From the NCBI GenBank assembly GCA_034436215.1, contig DAOTVU010000060.1, forward strand, positions 5,994 through 69,993: DNA of 64,000 nt, in the 5' to 3' direction. The notes below the pieces were generated by a model that had not been told where the DNA came from, did not search any database, and was given only the letters and a program-made list of their open reading frames with translations. This DNA comes from Dehalococcoidia bacterium. Its GTDB lineage: Bacteria > Chloroflexota > Dehalococcoidia > GIF9 > UBA5629. Below are positions 29,267 through 38,337 of the stretch, in pieces (position 1 is the stretch's first letter; the number at the start of each line of letters is the position of its first letter). The position numbers were made by a program, and so were the translations under genes.

Positions 29267-29485
29267 GATAACCTCCCGGTATTTGCCTTTTCTGCTGTTT
29301 AATTTGTCTATTTAATTATGCTGTAATTAATCTGCAGATTAAACAGCATTGAGTACGGTTTAGAAGGCACTGGGAGTATGACTTTAACGGGAATAAGGTG
29401 GTAGTACCGGAGTATGACGGGCTAAGACTTACGGCGGGTGCAGAGTCCACGGCAGATTTCGTCAATCATTACAGAGGAGGGGAAA

Positions 29486-30253
29486 TCATGGCTTAAACCA
29501 GTTATATGTTAATTTAACATTTTCCCTTTTGAAGCATGGTATAAACCTGCTGTAGATGACGGTTTCGCCAGGCGGAAGAGTGGTAATTATCAATGCCGAA
29601 CCGGTGCTGGCAGAAATGGTAACATCCTTCATATACCACCATTTATCGGTATTGGTAATGCTTCCGCTGACCACACAGCTACTGGTTGACGCGTACTGCA
29701 CCAGATCGTTTTGATTCTTCCAGACAACGGCCGAATCGGCGGGCGGTAAAGCCAGGGCCACGGACTCTGGTACAGCCGATTTATCCTGTCCGAACCTGCC
29801 TGCACCCGGCTGGGAAACGGTCAGGAACACCGGTATATGATACGGGCTGCCCAGTGCTCCTTCAGCGGTAACTGTAACAATGCCTGTATATTCACCGCCG
29901 GCCATACCGGATGGATCGACTATAATCCTGACCACTCCGTTTTTACCTTTATCCGTAACCGCCTGATATTGCTCATCAATCCAGGGTACGTTATCACTGA
30001 CCGACCAGTTGAGCACCCCCCCGCACATACTCAATATGTTGATTGTGGCTTCCAGCGTTGATGTCTGCCCCTGCTGCACTACAAATTCAAGTCTATCCGG
30101 CCTGCAAATCAGGCACGGTTGAACGATTTCGGGTAGTGTTGGCGAAACCTGCGCGGCAGAACCGCAGCAGGCAAAGCAAAACAGTGCAACAACCACCCCC
30201 GATAAAGCAAAGCCCCTGACCAACTTACCGCCGTTCATTTCAACCCCTTCCAT
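29486..30253 (-). CDS. Secreted BACON-like domain protein
   Basis: Signal peptide, then LEFVVQQGQTSTLEATINILSMCGGVLNWSVSDNVPWI...GIVTVTAEG beta-sandwich signature. Confidence 0.4.
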   Translation of the reverse strand: MEGVEMNGGKLVRGFALSGVVVALFCFACCGSAAQVSPTLPEIVQPCLICRPDRLEFVVQQGQTSTLEATINILSMCGGVLNWSVSDNVPWIDEQYQAVTDKGKNGVVRIIVDPSGMAGGEYTGIVTVTAEGALGSPYHIPVFLTVSQPGAGRFGQDKSAVPESVALALPPADSAVVWKNQNDLVQYASTSSCVVSGSITNTDKWWYMKDVTISASTGSALIITTLPPGETVIYSRFIPCFKRENVKLTYNWFKP

Positions 30254-30322
30254 TTAAATATCTACAGAATTATAACTTTGACATATGATAATCTCAACTT
30301 TATGCTATAAACATACAGGAAA

Positions 30323-31141
30323 ATGGATAATAAGAATCAGTCTGCTGCAATCCGTACAGATTTAGTAATAATGCTTTTCTCAGTTTTCTGCCTGGCATTT
30401 ATGCCGTCATGTGTTACCAAGGAATATGCAGTTGTAGAAAACTACACGCGTACCGAATACAGATTTGATTACAACAGCAAAGCTCAAGAAGATAGACAGC
30501 AGGATCATGCTGCCGGTCAATCTGAAAATGTGGTATGCGAACTGACACCTTATTACCAATGGAATTCACGCGATATCCTTTTCAAGGACAGGGAAAACGT
30601 CTGGTACTATGGCTATGATCTGCCAGATTTCGCCACAGATAGTGTGCTGATAAAAATCCATATATTGCCACAGCTGCAGTATGAGCCCATGGCGATAAGC
30701 GTATTCGATATGACACAGGCAGGAGAGCTGGAACATCCCGATGCCATTGGCCCTACCGGTACCCTGGAGAAGGGTTTGATTGAATGGAACTGGATAACCG
30801 GCCTGAGTACCAGAGCCTGGCTGGACCGCGCTAACGAGCAGATGAACCACGCCAGGTTCCTGGCGGGCAGATCAAATCTCTGGTCTAAACCTTCTGATCA
30901 ACAGGTTATAGAGATCAATGTTTACCGGACCCGTATGCTTGCAGTTATAATCTGCGGACCCGAATATAAATGGAATGGAAGGGTTACCGTTACGGCCGAG
31001 CCCGCCGGGATAAAATTCGATAATCCACCGGCACGAAATGACAGCGATGGATATCATCCTGTACCCTACCAGGTACAGGAACAACACATGACTTATCACT
31101 TCAAACAAATCCCCATCTGGGAGGCTCTTTTCCAGCCATGA
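30323..31141 (+). CDS. Lipoprotein of unknown family (paralog A)
   Basis: Signal peptide + Cys. Shared blocks VWYYGYDL, SVFDMT, RFLAGRSNLW, IPIWEALFQP with downstream paralog. Confidence 0.5.
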   Translation: MDNKNQSAAIRTDLVIMLFSVFCLAFMPSCVTKEYAVVENYTRTEYRFDYNSKAQEDRQQDHAAGQSENVVCELTPYYQWNSRDILFKDRENVWYYGYDLPDFATDSVLIKIHILPQLQYEPMAISVFDMTQAGELEHPDAIGPTGTLEKGLIEWNWITGLSTRAWLDRANEQMNHARFLAGRSNLWSKPSDQQVIEINVYRTRMLAVIICGPEYKWNGRVTVTAEPAGIKFDNPPARNDSDGYHPVPYQVQEQHMTYHFKQIPIWEALFQP

Positions 31142-31941
31142 AATGCCGACGAAACATCTTTCTCATATGCCTTGTGCTAATTTCCTCTCCTACCTTCCCG
31201 GCGTGTTTGACAGTGGTCACACCCACCGAAGAAACATACACGTCCACTGAATACTACAGCGAAAACCGAACTGAAACCTATTTAGAAAAAAGCGCACAGG
31301 CAACAGTCATGTCCGGTGAGGATATAATTACTCCCTGTGTAGCCTGGAGCAATGGGGCACTTAAATTCAAGGGGCACCAGCGGGTCTGGTATTATGGGTA
31401 TGATCTCTCACTTCTGCAGCCCCATGACCGGGAGGGACTTAAAATCTATCTGAGCCAGCAGCAATTTTACGAATACACCATCCTCAGGGTATTCGATATG
31501 ACGTTTGTGGGCCATATACTACCACCACCGCAGATCTCCGTGACTGATGCAATACCACCATCGGGGATAAAAAGGGAGATACTCACTATGGGCGGAGACA
31601 CAAGCTCGCTGGATAACTGGTTGAACCTGGCTAATGTAAAGCTAAATCGAGCGCTCTTCCTGGGGGGTAAATCAGACTTGTGGCTGAATCGTGAAACTCC
31701 TCAGATATTAGAATTAAATATCCATGACGGCAGACAGGTAGCCATCGTCATCAGCGGGCCCAGCGTACCGCAGAATGTCCGTTTTAATACTGTAAGGACA
31801 TGGTCAGATATTAACAACGTGTACATGGAGCAAACCGCCACACGCGTTACAACCTATCAATTGGAAAAACCAGTAATGAGACACCTCTCCGTTCTTCAGT
31901 TCCGCCAGGTTCCATTCTGGGAAGCACTGCTGAATAGATAG
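31138..31941 (+). CDS. Lipoprotein of unknown family (paralog B)
   Basis: ATGA overlap with paralog A. VWYYGYDL, RVFDMT, LFLGGKSDLW, VPFWEALLNR. Confidence 0.5.
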   Translation: MKCRRNIFLICLVLISSPTFPACLTVVTPTEETYTSTEYYSENRTETYLEKSAQATVMSGEDIITPCVAWSNGALKFKGHQRVWYYGYDLSLLQPHDREGLKIYLSQQQFYEYTILRVFDMTFVGHILPPPQISVTDAIPPSGIKREILTMGGDTSSLDNWLNLANVKLNRALFLGGKSDLWLNRETPQILELNIHDGRQVAIVISGPSVPQNVRFNTVRTWSDINNVYMEQTATRVTTYQLEKPVMRHLSVLQFRQVPFWEALLNR

Positions 31942-32089
31942 ATAGCCATCTTCAATTACGATTTCCGAATTATAGAAGATTACATCTTAAACAGCCACGC
32001 CATATGATCCTGCTGGCTCATTTCAATTAGCCATCTGGATTGTATTTTTGAGCCAGCTGTCTCATAATTAAATTAAAGAGTGATTCCAT

Positions 32090-32458
32090 ATGGATATAAC
32101 AGTTACACAGACAGTCAAAAGAGAAAGGCAGGTGATCAACCGCGGTCATATGATATTTGCCCTGTCACTGATGGCACAGTTTCAACTGTGGGATGGCCTG
32201 ATAACTCAGACATTTGTCAAAAGGGGGCTGGCAGTTGAGGGCAATATGTTGATGAGCGGTCTGGTTCAGTCCGGTAGTTTTCTCATTTTTAAAATTATCG
32301 GTGTAGTGGCTGTATCAGCACTGCTGTGGCTGTTATATAAAATGTATCCCAGACTGGCCATCGGTGCTTCTATAGCCATAGCCGTATTCTATGCGGGAGT
32401 TGTTACATGGAATCTATTAGTTGTCTTCGATAAAGTTCTCCCGATCAGTTTCGCATAG
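32090..32458 (+). CDS. Small 3-TM membrane protein (DUF5658-like)
   Basis: LSLMAQFQLWDGLITQ...VEGNMLM motif pattern. 122 aa. Confidence 0.4.
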   Translation: MDITVTQTVKRERQVINRGHMIFALSLMAQFQLWDGLITQTFVKRGLAVEGNMLMSGLVQSGSFLIFKIIGVVAVSALLWLLYKMYPRLAIGASIAIAVFYAGVVTWNLLVVFDKVLPISFA

Positions 32459-34259
32459 CTATTTTGCTCGGTCTGGAAACGTCAAAATCGAAATCAAACT
32501 CGTTATGCTCCAGGATATCAAGCAGCAGATCAACCACCCTGGCATCGTAAAGACGGTCTCTACCGTTCTGCAACTCGCTTACTATCTCATCTCGTGATCG
32601 TGCTGGTCTGTACGGTCTATGGGAACCCATTGCTTCGACTACATCGCAAACGCCCAGGATCCTCGATTCGAGGCCAATCTTCTCACCGGTGATGCCGTTG
32701 GGATAACCGCTCCCATCCAATCTTTCATGATGCTGTAGTATCATATTCATAACGCGCTGGGGAAGGTTCATGTTCTGTAACATTTCGCAGCCACGTTTAA
32801 CATGCGAGCGGATAAGTATCCATTCTTCTTCGGTTAGCCGTCCGGGCTTGGCCAGAATTGTAGTGGGCACCGCTGCCTTACCGATATCATGCAACAGTGC
32901 CCCCACCTGAAGCCATTCAAGCTGTTCTTCGCTCAGGCCAAGACGTTCACCAACCATGCCCGCCAGAGTGGCCAGCCTTTCCTGATGGCTGACCGTATAA
33001 GGATCCACAGCAAGCAGGGCGCTGGAAATCATGCGCGTCATCTGAATGAAGTGCTGCTTTATCTGCCTGCTGGTTTGCATACGCTCGATAGCCTGTGCCA
33101 GCATGGTCGCAGATGTTGCCAGCAAATTGATTTCAACCGGTTTCCACCCTCTTGTTGCCGCCGATTTCTCAAACCCGATTACACCCGCAAACGCTGAGTT
33201 GACCATAATCGGTAGTATCACACTGGAAGTCTCTCCATTTACCGAACTGACAATCGCCCCTTCCTTCCTGGACAAGTCCATCAGCCCCGGCCTAACATTA
33301 TCACCCTTCAGGATAGTCATCGGTTTGATCTTTCCTCCAGAATTTCCATTTCCGTTTTTTACATCTTCGCCGACATAGCTCACATATGTCCTCTGCTCCT
33401 TAGGAGACCTGCGGCTTTTCTCATTTACATCATCGATCTTCGATGGTTTCCCGGTGCTAATAACCTCATCAGACGTTCTGTCGTTGAGAAGAATAAAAGC
33501 ATTGCTTATATCGGCTGTCTTGCAGAGTATTTCCAGTATCTTTTTATACGGTATATCCTTCCCCGTTTCCAGCAACAACTGTCCTACCCTTGCAATTGTC
33601 TTCAAATACTGTTCTTTCTCTTTCTGAGCTTTTTCCACCTCTCTTCTCTCGGTTATATCCCTGGCCACACCCTGAAAACCGGCCAGTTCGCCGTTCCTGG
33701 TTCTGATAGGCAGAAAACTCATTTCAACAGGCACTTTGCTGCCATCCATCTTCATTATATCTATATACAGATGTCTGCCGGCTATATCCTTATATTGCTT
33801 CAGTTGCTCAAGTATAAATGACCTGTATTCAGGAGCGAGTACGCTCTGGATATTGCTGGTTAATATTTTATCGATCGGTAAACCGCTCATATTTTCAATT
33901 GCCCGGTTGGCAAACGTAAAGTTGCCGGCTCTATCAAGTGTAAAAATAATATCCTGAGTCGAATCTATAATATGCTGCATTCTCTTTTCGGCTTTACCAG
34001 CCTGCTCCCGCTGTGCAATCAGCTCATTCTGCATTTTATATATCTCACGGAAGCTGAAATGCACAAGTAGAAATATAATAGACATGCCGAACAGCCAGTC
34101 CAGCAGCATCTGCAATGCCGTGATAGCGATGCCGGAGCTTAAAAATACGTAATGTATAATCTGCAGAGATGCAAGGGTGGCCCCTGCCATAAAAAGTATT
34201 AGAGCTTCCAGTTGCCTTATCTGAACCCTGGTTTCCCTTCTGATAAAATCATCCGACAT
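32445..34259 (-). CDS. HD-GYP c-di-GMP phosphodiesterase with N-terminal TM, PAS and GAF sensor domains
   Basis: HDIGKAAVP...QHHERLDGSGYPNG. PAS (FTFANRAIENMSG) and GAF regions. 604 aa. Confidence 0.8.
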   Translation of the reverse strand: MSDDFIRRETRVQIRQLEALILFMAGATLASLQIIHYVFLSSGIAITALQMLLDWLFGMSIIFLLVHFSFREIYKMQNELIAQREQAGKAEKRMQHIIDSTQDIIFTLDRAGNFTFANRAIENMSGLPIDKILTSNIQSVLAPEYRSFILEQLKQYKDIAGRHLYIDIMKMDGSKVPVEMSFLPIRTRNGELAGFQGVARDITERREVEKAQKEKEQYLKTIARVGQLLLETGKDIPYKKILEILCKTADISNAFILLNDRTSDEVISTGKPSKIDDVNEKSRRSPKEQRTYVSYVGEDVKNGNGNSGGKIKPMTILKGDNVRPGLMDLSRKEGAIVSSVNGETSSVILPIMVNSAFAGVIGFEKSAATRGWKPVEINLLATSATMLAQAIERMQTSRQIKQHFIQMTRMISSALLAVDPYTVSHQERLATLAGMVGERLGLSEEQLEWLQVGALLHDIGKAAVPTTILAKPGRLTEEEWILIRSHVKRGCEMLQNMNLPQRVMNMILQHHERLDGSGYPNGITGEKIGLESRILGVCDVVEAMGSHRPYRPARSRDEIVSELQNGRDRLYDARVVDLLLDILEHNEFDFDFDVSRPSKIAMRN

Positions 34260-34311
34260 TTCTTAATCCTCCAGAATAAAGCTTTAAGCTGTGTCCTTAC
34301 ATGCCTGAATA

Positions 34312-36120
34312 TTATTTCCCCTTCCAATCGTTTGAGCCGGAGTTATATCCGTACTCATTCGATGCATATTCATCCTCTTCCTCTTCGTATTCCTCATCGT
34401 CCAGGTTTCTGAGCTTACGTATCGTATGTCCGATCCAGAAGAACATAAAACCAAAGAGCGCCAGACCGAGGATAATCAGTATCCACTTCACCCATTCCGG
34501 CATATTGCTGACGATTGTAAAGAAGGTATGGCCTTTATAGAAGGAGCTGACCAGCGACCAGTTGCTTTCATTGGAGGCACGATCAACTGCCTTTACACGC
34601 CAGTAGTAAGGTTTATCCCTGCCGGGCAACATCTTGCTGTCTTCAGTTATATCAATATAATTAGCCACGATATTGGCCTGCGACATGATGATATTGGTAA
34701 ACTTGGGATCTTCGGCTATTTCCAGTGTATACGTGACGCCGCTCGGGTCTGATACCGGAGCCCATTCGAAATGAACATCCTTGGTCATACGCTCACCATC
34801 GGAAGGGAGTGATAGAGATGGAGCTGTAGGCGGCGTTGATTCAACGGTAAAAACAACGCGCTGCATATTCACACCATCGCTGGCCACGATGGTATGCTGA
34901 CCGAATCGGCTGACCGGGATTTTAAATATCTGTGAAAAACTTCCCGTTGAATCCACCGCCGTTCCTTCAAGTTTGATATTATCGTAAGTCAGGCTGACCG
35001 GGAAGCCCGGCCTGAAACCCAGGCCTCTAACCGCCACCTGCATACCTACAAATCCGGTTGCAGGGCTGATGGATAAAGCGGAACTCACGTTGATGTCTTT
35101 AAAAGCCTTATTAACACGATCATCAACTTTGATCCTGTGGGTGCCATCGCCACAGGCGGGCACGATGACCCCGGTGGTGAAGCTGCCGTTCGCATCGGTC
35201 TGGGTAACGCCGATGTCCTTATCATCCCAATAAATCAACACATCGGAAACGGTTTGAAAACCTGTTCCCATCACGGTAACGTTATCACCCACTGCGGCCG
35301 ATGTGGGTATAATATCCATCTGCTGTCTGACATTGAATACCTGCGTGGCAATGTTATTATCGCTATCCTGAGCTTTGATATGATGATTACCCCTGCCAAG
35401 TGCGGGTATGGTTAATTTCAAATCGTAAAAGCGCCCCTTTTCATCGGTTTCCGCAGTTACCAGTTTGGAATCGTCGACGCCTACATAAACGAGCTTTTTA
35501 CAGGCGAATCCGTAACCGTTAACCAGAACAGTATCACCGACAAAACCACTGACCGCATTATTTCCCAGGGTAATAGAGGGATTGACTTTAAACCCGGCGG
35601 TAAGTTTGTTGACTCCATCATCAGCCATGATGATATAGCGGCCGGCCGGGTAAATATCAATGGGAAAATCAACCACACCATAACCGGTGCTATCGGTCGT
35701 CAACCTGGTTGCCACAATAGTCTTGACTTCGGCTGTCGTACCGGTTCCAATTACAGTTGTCGTGCCGAAGGTAATAATTACCTGCTTGTTAACCTGATAA
35801 TTAATCACACGTATGTAAACCTGGGTGCCCACCGTCCCTTCCTGTGGCATTACTTCAAGTACAGGGGGACCAACGGTGGTTGAGTTATCCGCTACAACCC
35901 GCTCACAGGGAATATTTACACTCAGAATATACAACGGCAGTAACGAAAGCAATGTCAGCAATCTGATAATAACCACATAATAGCAGAAAGGTTTTGTTTT
36001 TCCCTTATTACATCCCCAGGTTGCAATCAGCCGGAAAAACGCTGACTTTATCACTTGCAGCACCTTGATAAAATTATCGACTATCATGTTTCCCTCCTCT
36101 TTATTCTGAGTGTAAACCAC
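34312..36120 (-). CDS. Large cell-surface protein: N-terminal TM, four Ig-like repeats, FN3, C-terminal TM and acidic cytoplasmic tail
   Basis: Repeats G.V.V.G.GF...HxIxAxD. HFEWAPVSDPSGVTYTLEIAEDPKF FN3. WILIILGLALFGFMFFWIG TM. DDEEYEEEEDEY tail. Directly downstream of arlJ in same orientation. Confidence 0.5.
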   Translation of the reverse strand: MVYTQNKEEGNMIVDNFIKVLQVIKSAFFRLIATWGCNKGKTKPFCYYVVIIRLLTLLSLLPLYILSVNIPCERVVADNSTTVGPPVLEVMPQEGTVGTQVYIRVINYQVNKQVIITFGTTTVIGTGTTAEVKTIVATRLTTDSTGYGVVDFPIDIYPAGRYIIMADDGVNKLTAGFKVNPSITLGNNAVSGFVGDTVLVNGYGFACKKLVYVGVDDSKLVTAETDEKGRFYDLKLTIPALGRGNHHIKAQDSDNNIATQVFNVRQQMDIIPTSAAVGDNVTVMGTGFQTVSDVLIYWDDKDIGVTQTDANGSFTTGVIVPACGDGTHRIKVDDRVNKAFKDINVSSALSISPATGFVGMQVAVRGLGFRPGFPVSLTYDNIKLEGTAVDSTGSFSQIFKIPVSRFGQHTIVASDGVNMQRVVFTVESTPPTAPSLSLPSDGERMTKDVHFEWAPVSDPSGVTYTLEIAEDPKFTNIIMSQANIVANYIDITEDSKMLPGRDKPYYWRVKAVDRASNESNWSLVSSFYKGHTFFTIVSNMPEWVKWILIILGLALFGFMFFWIGHTIRKLRNLDDEEYEEEEDEYASNEYGYNSGSNDWKGK

Positions 36121-36742
36121 CTAAAAACTGTGAAATTTCCGAACCCAATTTAGTTATATTATCTATATCCACATCAAAAAGATTGGCAGCCAGATCGGAG
36201 GTTGAGGAATCTTCAGCCTCTTCAACCTCGAAGACACTCATCAGGTCTACCTGCTCTTTAGGCATCTCCTGTTCTCCGTCGGTCAATGTATCCAGTGAAG
36301 GGAGATCAGGCAATTCCAATCCCCCGCCAGGTCGGTCGGCTGCCCGACCTGCAGGAGCAGCTTCCGATGCAGGCATTTCCGGTTCGGTGATGGCTTCCGG
36401 AAGAGTTATATTATCCTCCCCTTCCGTTTCAGCCATTTTCTGGGCTGCAGCCCTACTGCTATCTCTGTCACTCGACTTACCCGATGCACTGGCCTTCTCT
36501 TTCTTAGCTTTACCGTCCGGCAGGAGCCTGCTTTCGGGATATTCCTTAAGCTGCATCAGTCCATCCTGTTTATCTCTCTTTTTGCCATCGGCGGCAATTT
36601 GCGCCTTTCTCCCGCCAGCACCGCGCTTCACTCGACGCTTGCGAGGCACCATGCTTCTGATAATCATCCACATGACACCGAACACCGCGCCCGACGCTAC
36701 CAGTATCATCAGTAAATAGATACCAATCTCGTAAAAATCCAA
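36101..36742 (-). CDS. Single-TM protein with basic juxtamembrane segment and long acidic disordered tail
   Basis: MDFYEIGIYLLMILVASGAVFGVMWMIIRSMVPRKRRVKRG then Lys-rich, then E/D-rich low complexity. Confidence 0.4.
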   Translation of the reverse strand: MDFYEIGIYLLMILVASGAVFGVMWMIIRSMVPRKRRVKRGAGGRKAQIAADGKKRDKQDGLMQLKEYPESRLLPDGKAKKEKASASGKSSDRDSSRAAAQKMAETEGEDNITLPEAITEPEMPASEAAPAGRAADRPGGGLELPDLPSLDTLTDGEQEMPKEQVDLMSVFEVEEAEDSSTSDLAANLFDVDIDNITKLGSEISQFLGGLHSE

Positions 36743-36765
36743 GACCGACTCCTGTTTTATTTCAT

Positions 36766-38337
36766 TTAACCGCCCATAGGCATTGCTCCGAACATACCCT
36801 TAACCATGCCGGGAATAAATATGAATGCCAGACCCGATATAATCATCATGATTGTTAGAAGATAGAGATATTTATAGTTATGTCCTCCATCGACCACTTT
36901 TATAGCCGCCGGATTGACTACCGTAAGCATCAGAAGCATGGCCGTAACCATCAGGTTGAGTATCTGTAGCTGGCCTGTAGAATTGGAGAAAAAGGCAAAG
37001 GTTGGCAGAGATGATATAGCTGAGAGATCCTGTGTACCCCCGGTGGTCTGCATTTTCTGCATAGCCTGAGCGAAATTCCACATAATCTGATAGATGCCTA
37101 CCAGCAAAACAGCCATCGTCACATGCATGGCAACGCATAAATAAAAGAAGGCAGATGATACCGCCTTCCTTTTTCCACGCAGCAAAGCTATCTTCATAGC
37201 AAACATCGAAGCCTGATTACCTACCGCTCCAGGATCTCCGCCCACAGCGATACCGTCCCAGAATATGCGGACACAGCGATTTATATGCTCGCTGCCCGAT
37301 TCGCACACAAACTTATGCCAGCAAAGGTCAGGCCGAATGCCAAAGCGTAGAGCATTATTCAGTCTGATAACCGGCTTTTTAAGAGAAGCCAGCGAGCCGA
37401 AATCAAGCCGGCTGATGCCTTCGGTAATGGTTGCACCTATTACCTTGGTTATCCCGCCGAGAGACCTGAGAAAACCGGCTATATCGGCATCGTTCTTATC
37501 TATTTTCCTGTCATCCCACCATATCAAGATACCCGGCGGCGCGATAATAAGCGCTATAACTATCAGCGACCAGCCCATGCCGGCATTCATCAGAAATAAT
37601 ACCGGCAACGATAGCACTGCCAGTGGAACGGAAACATAGAACAATACCTTACGCGCCAGTTCCTGTGCCCTTGATGTCTCCGGCAGTGAGTGTGTTTTTA
37701 CCTCTTTGGGCGATGCCCTGTAAAGTATCCATGCACCTGCAATGACAGAAATCAGCATCAAAAAAGTAAGCACCGACGAAAAAGTGGGTGGCATGGGGAA
37801 AATCAGCATCGATACCACGCTGATAACAACCACCATAGAAGCCGAGATTATTAAAGCCGCATAAGCATCTGTCCACTTACGCAGGCTTTCGATCTGCCTT
37901 TCGTACTCATCAGCGTAAGTCTCACCCATAACTTCGGCTTCGCGCTTGAGAAACTGCGCCTCATCTTCACCCGAAGCCATAGCACCCGACATCCGCAATA
38001 AAATAGCCTTGGGCTCGGCCTCCCTGGTAGATTCACCGACCATGCGACACGCCTCCGAATAATCGTAATTCAATCTTTTAGCCAGGAAATGCACCTTGCG
38101 CAGATAAACCGAAGAAGTAAAATTCAACCGGGATGCATATTCAAACATCAGCGATCTGGGTAAAGATGACGTAGCCAGAGCCGACATATAAGTAATCTGA
38201 CAGAACAGGTCTCCCTTGAGAAGATCGGTGTTCATCTTGATCTTCCCGTTACCTGAGCCGGATATTACATCGGCTTCTGTACGCGAATTAGAAAAGCCCT
38301 TCCCGTTGTGCTTTAGCAAGGACCTTAAGGAGATCAT
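36766..38337 (-). CDS. arlJ: ArlJ/FlaJ-like polytopic membrane platform protein (TadC/GspF superfamily)
   Basis: 523 aa, two blocks of TM helices separated by cytoplasmic domains. Position immediately downstream of FlaI-like ATPase. Confidence 0.65.
   Translation of the reverse strand: MISLRSLLKHNGKGFSNSRTEADVISGSGNGKIKMNTDLLKGDLFCQITYMSALATSSLPRSLMFEYASRLNFTSSVYLRKVHFLAKRLNYDYSEACRMVGESTREAEPKAILLRMSGAMASGEDEAQFLKREAEVMGETYADEYERQIESLRKWTDAYAALIISASMVVVISVVSMLIFPMPPTFSSVLTFLMLISVIAGAWILYRASPKEVKTHSLPETSRAQELARKVLFYVSVPLAVLSLPVLFLMNAGMGWSLIVIALIIAPPGILIWWDDRKIDKNDADIAGFLRSLGGITKVIGATITEGISRLDFGSLASLKKPVIRLNNALRFGIRPDLCWHKFVCESGSEHINRCVRIFWDGIAVGGDPGAVGNQASMFAMKIALLRGKRKAVSSAFFYLCVAMHVTMAVLLVGIYQIMWNFAQAMQKMQTTGGTQDLSAISSLPTFAFFSNSTGQLQILNLMVTAMLLMLTVVNPAAIKVVDGGHNYKYLYLLTIMMIISGLAFIFIPGMVKGMFGAMPMGG

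Noticed and set aside
27962-29270. TOMM/thiazole-oxazole RiPP cluster
   Set aside because: SagB-type dehydrogenase present, but no YcaO/cyclodehydratase or docking protein. Candidate peptides look like plain TM helices rather than Cys/Ser/Thr-rich cores.
29373-29430. Direct repeat GGAGTATGAC x2 in the 5' region of the 43-aa peptide gene (possible CRISPR/riboswitch)
   Set aside because: Only two copies, irregular spacing, no recognisable riboswitch consensus.
36183-36719. 178-aa plus-strand ORF
   Set aside because: Antisense of the acidic-tail gene. Ser/Ala-rich mirror of E/D-rich codons.
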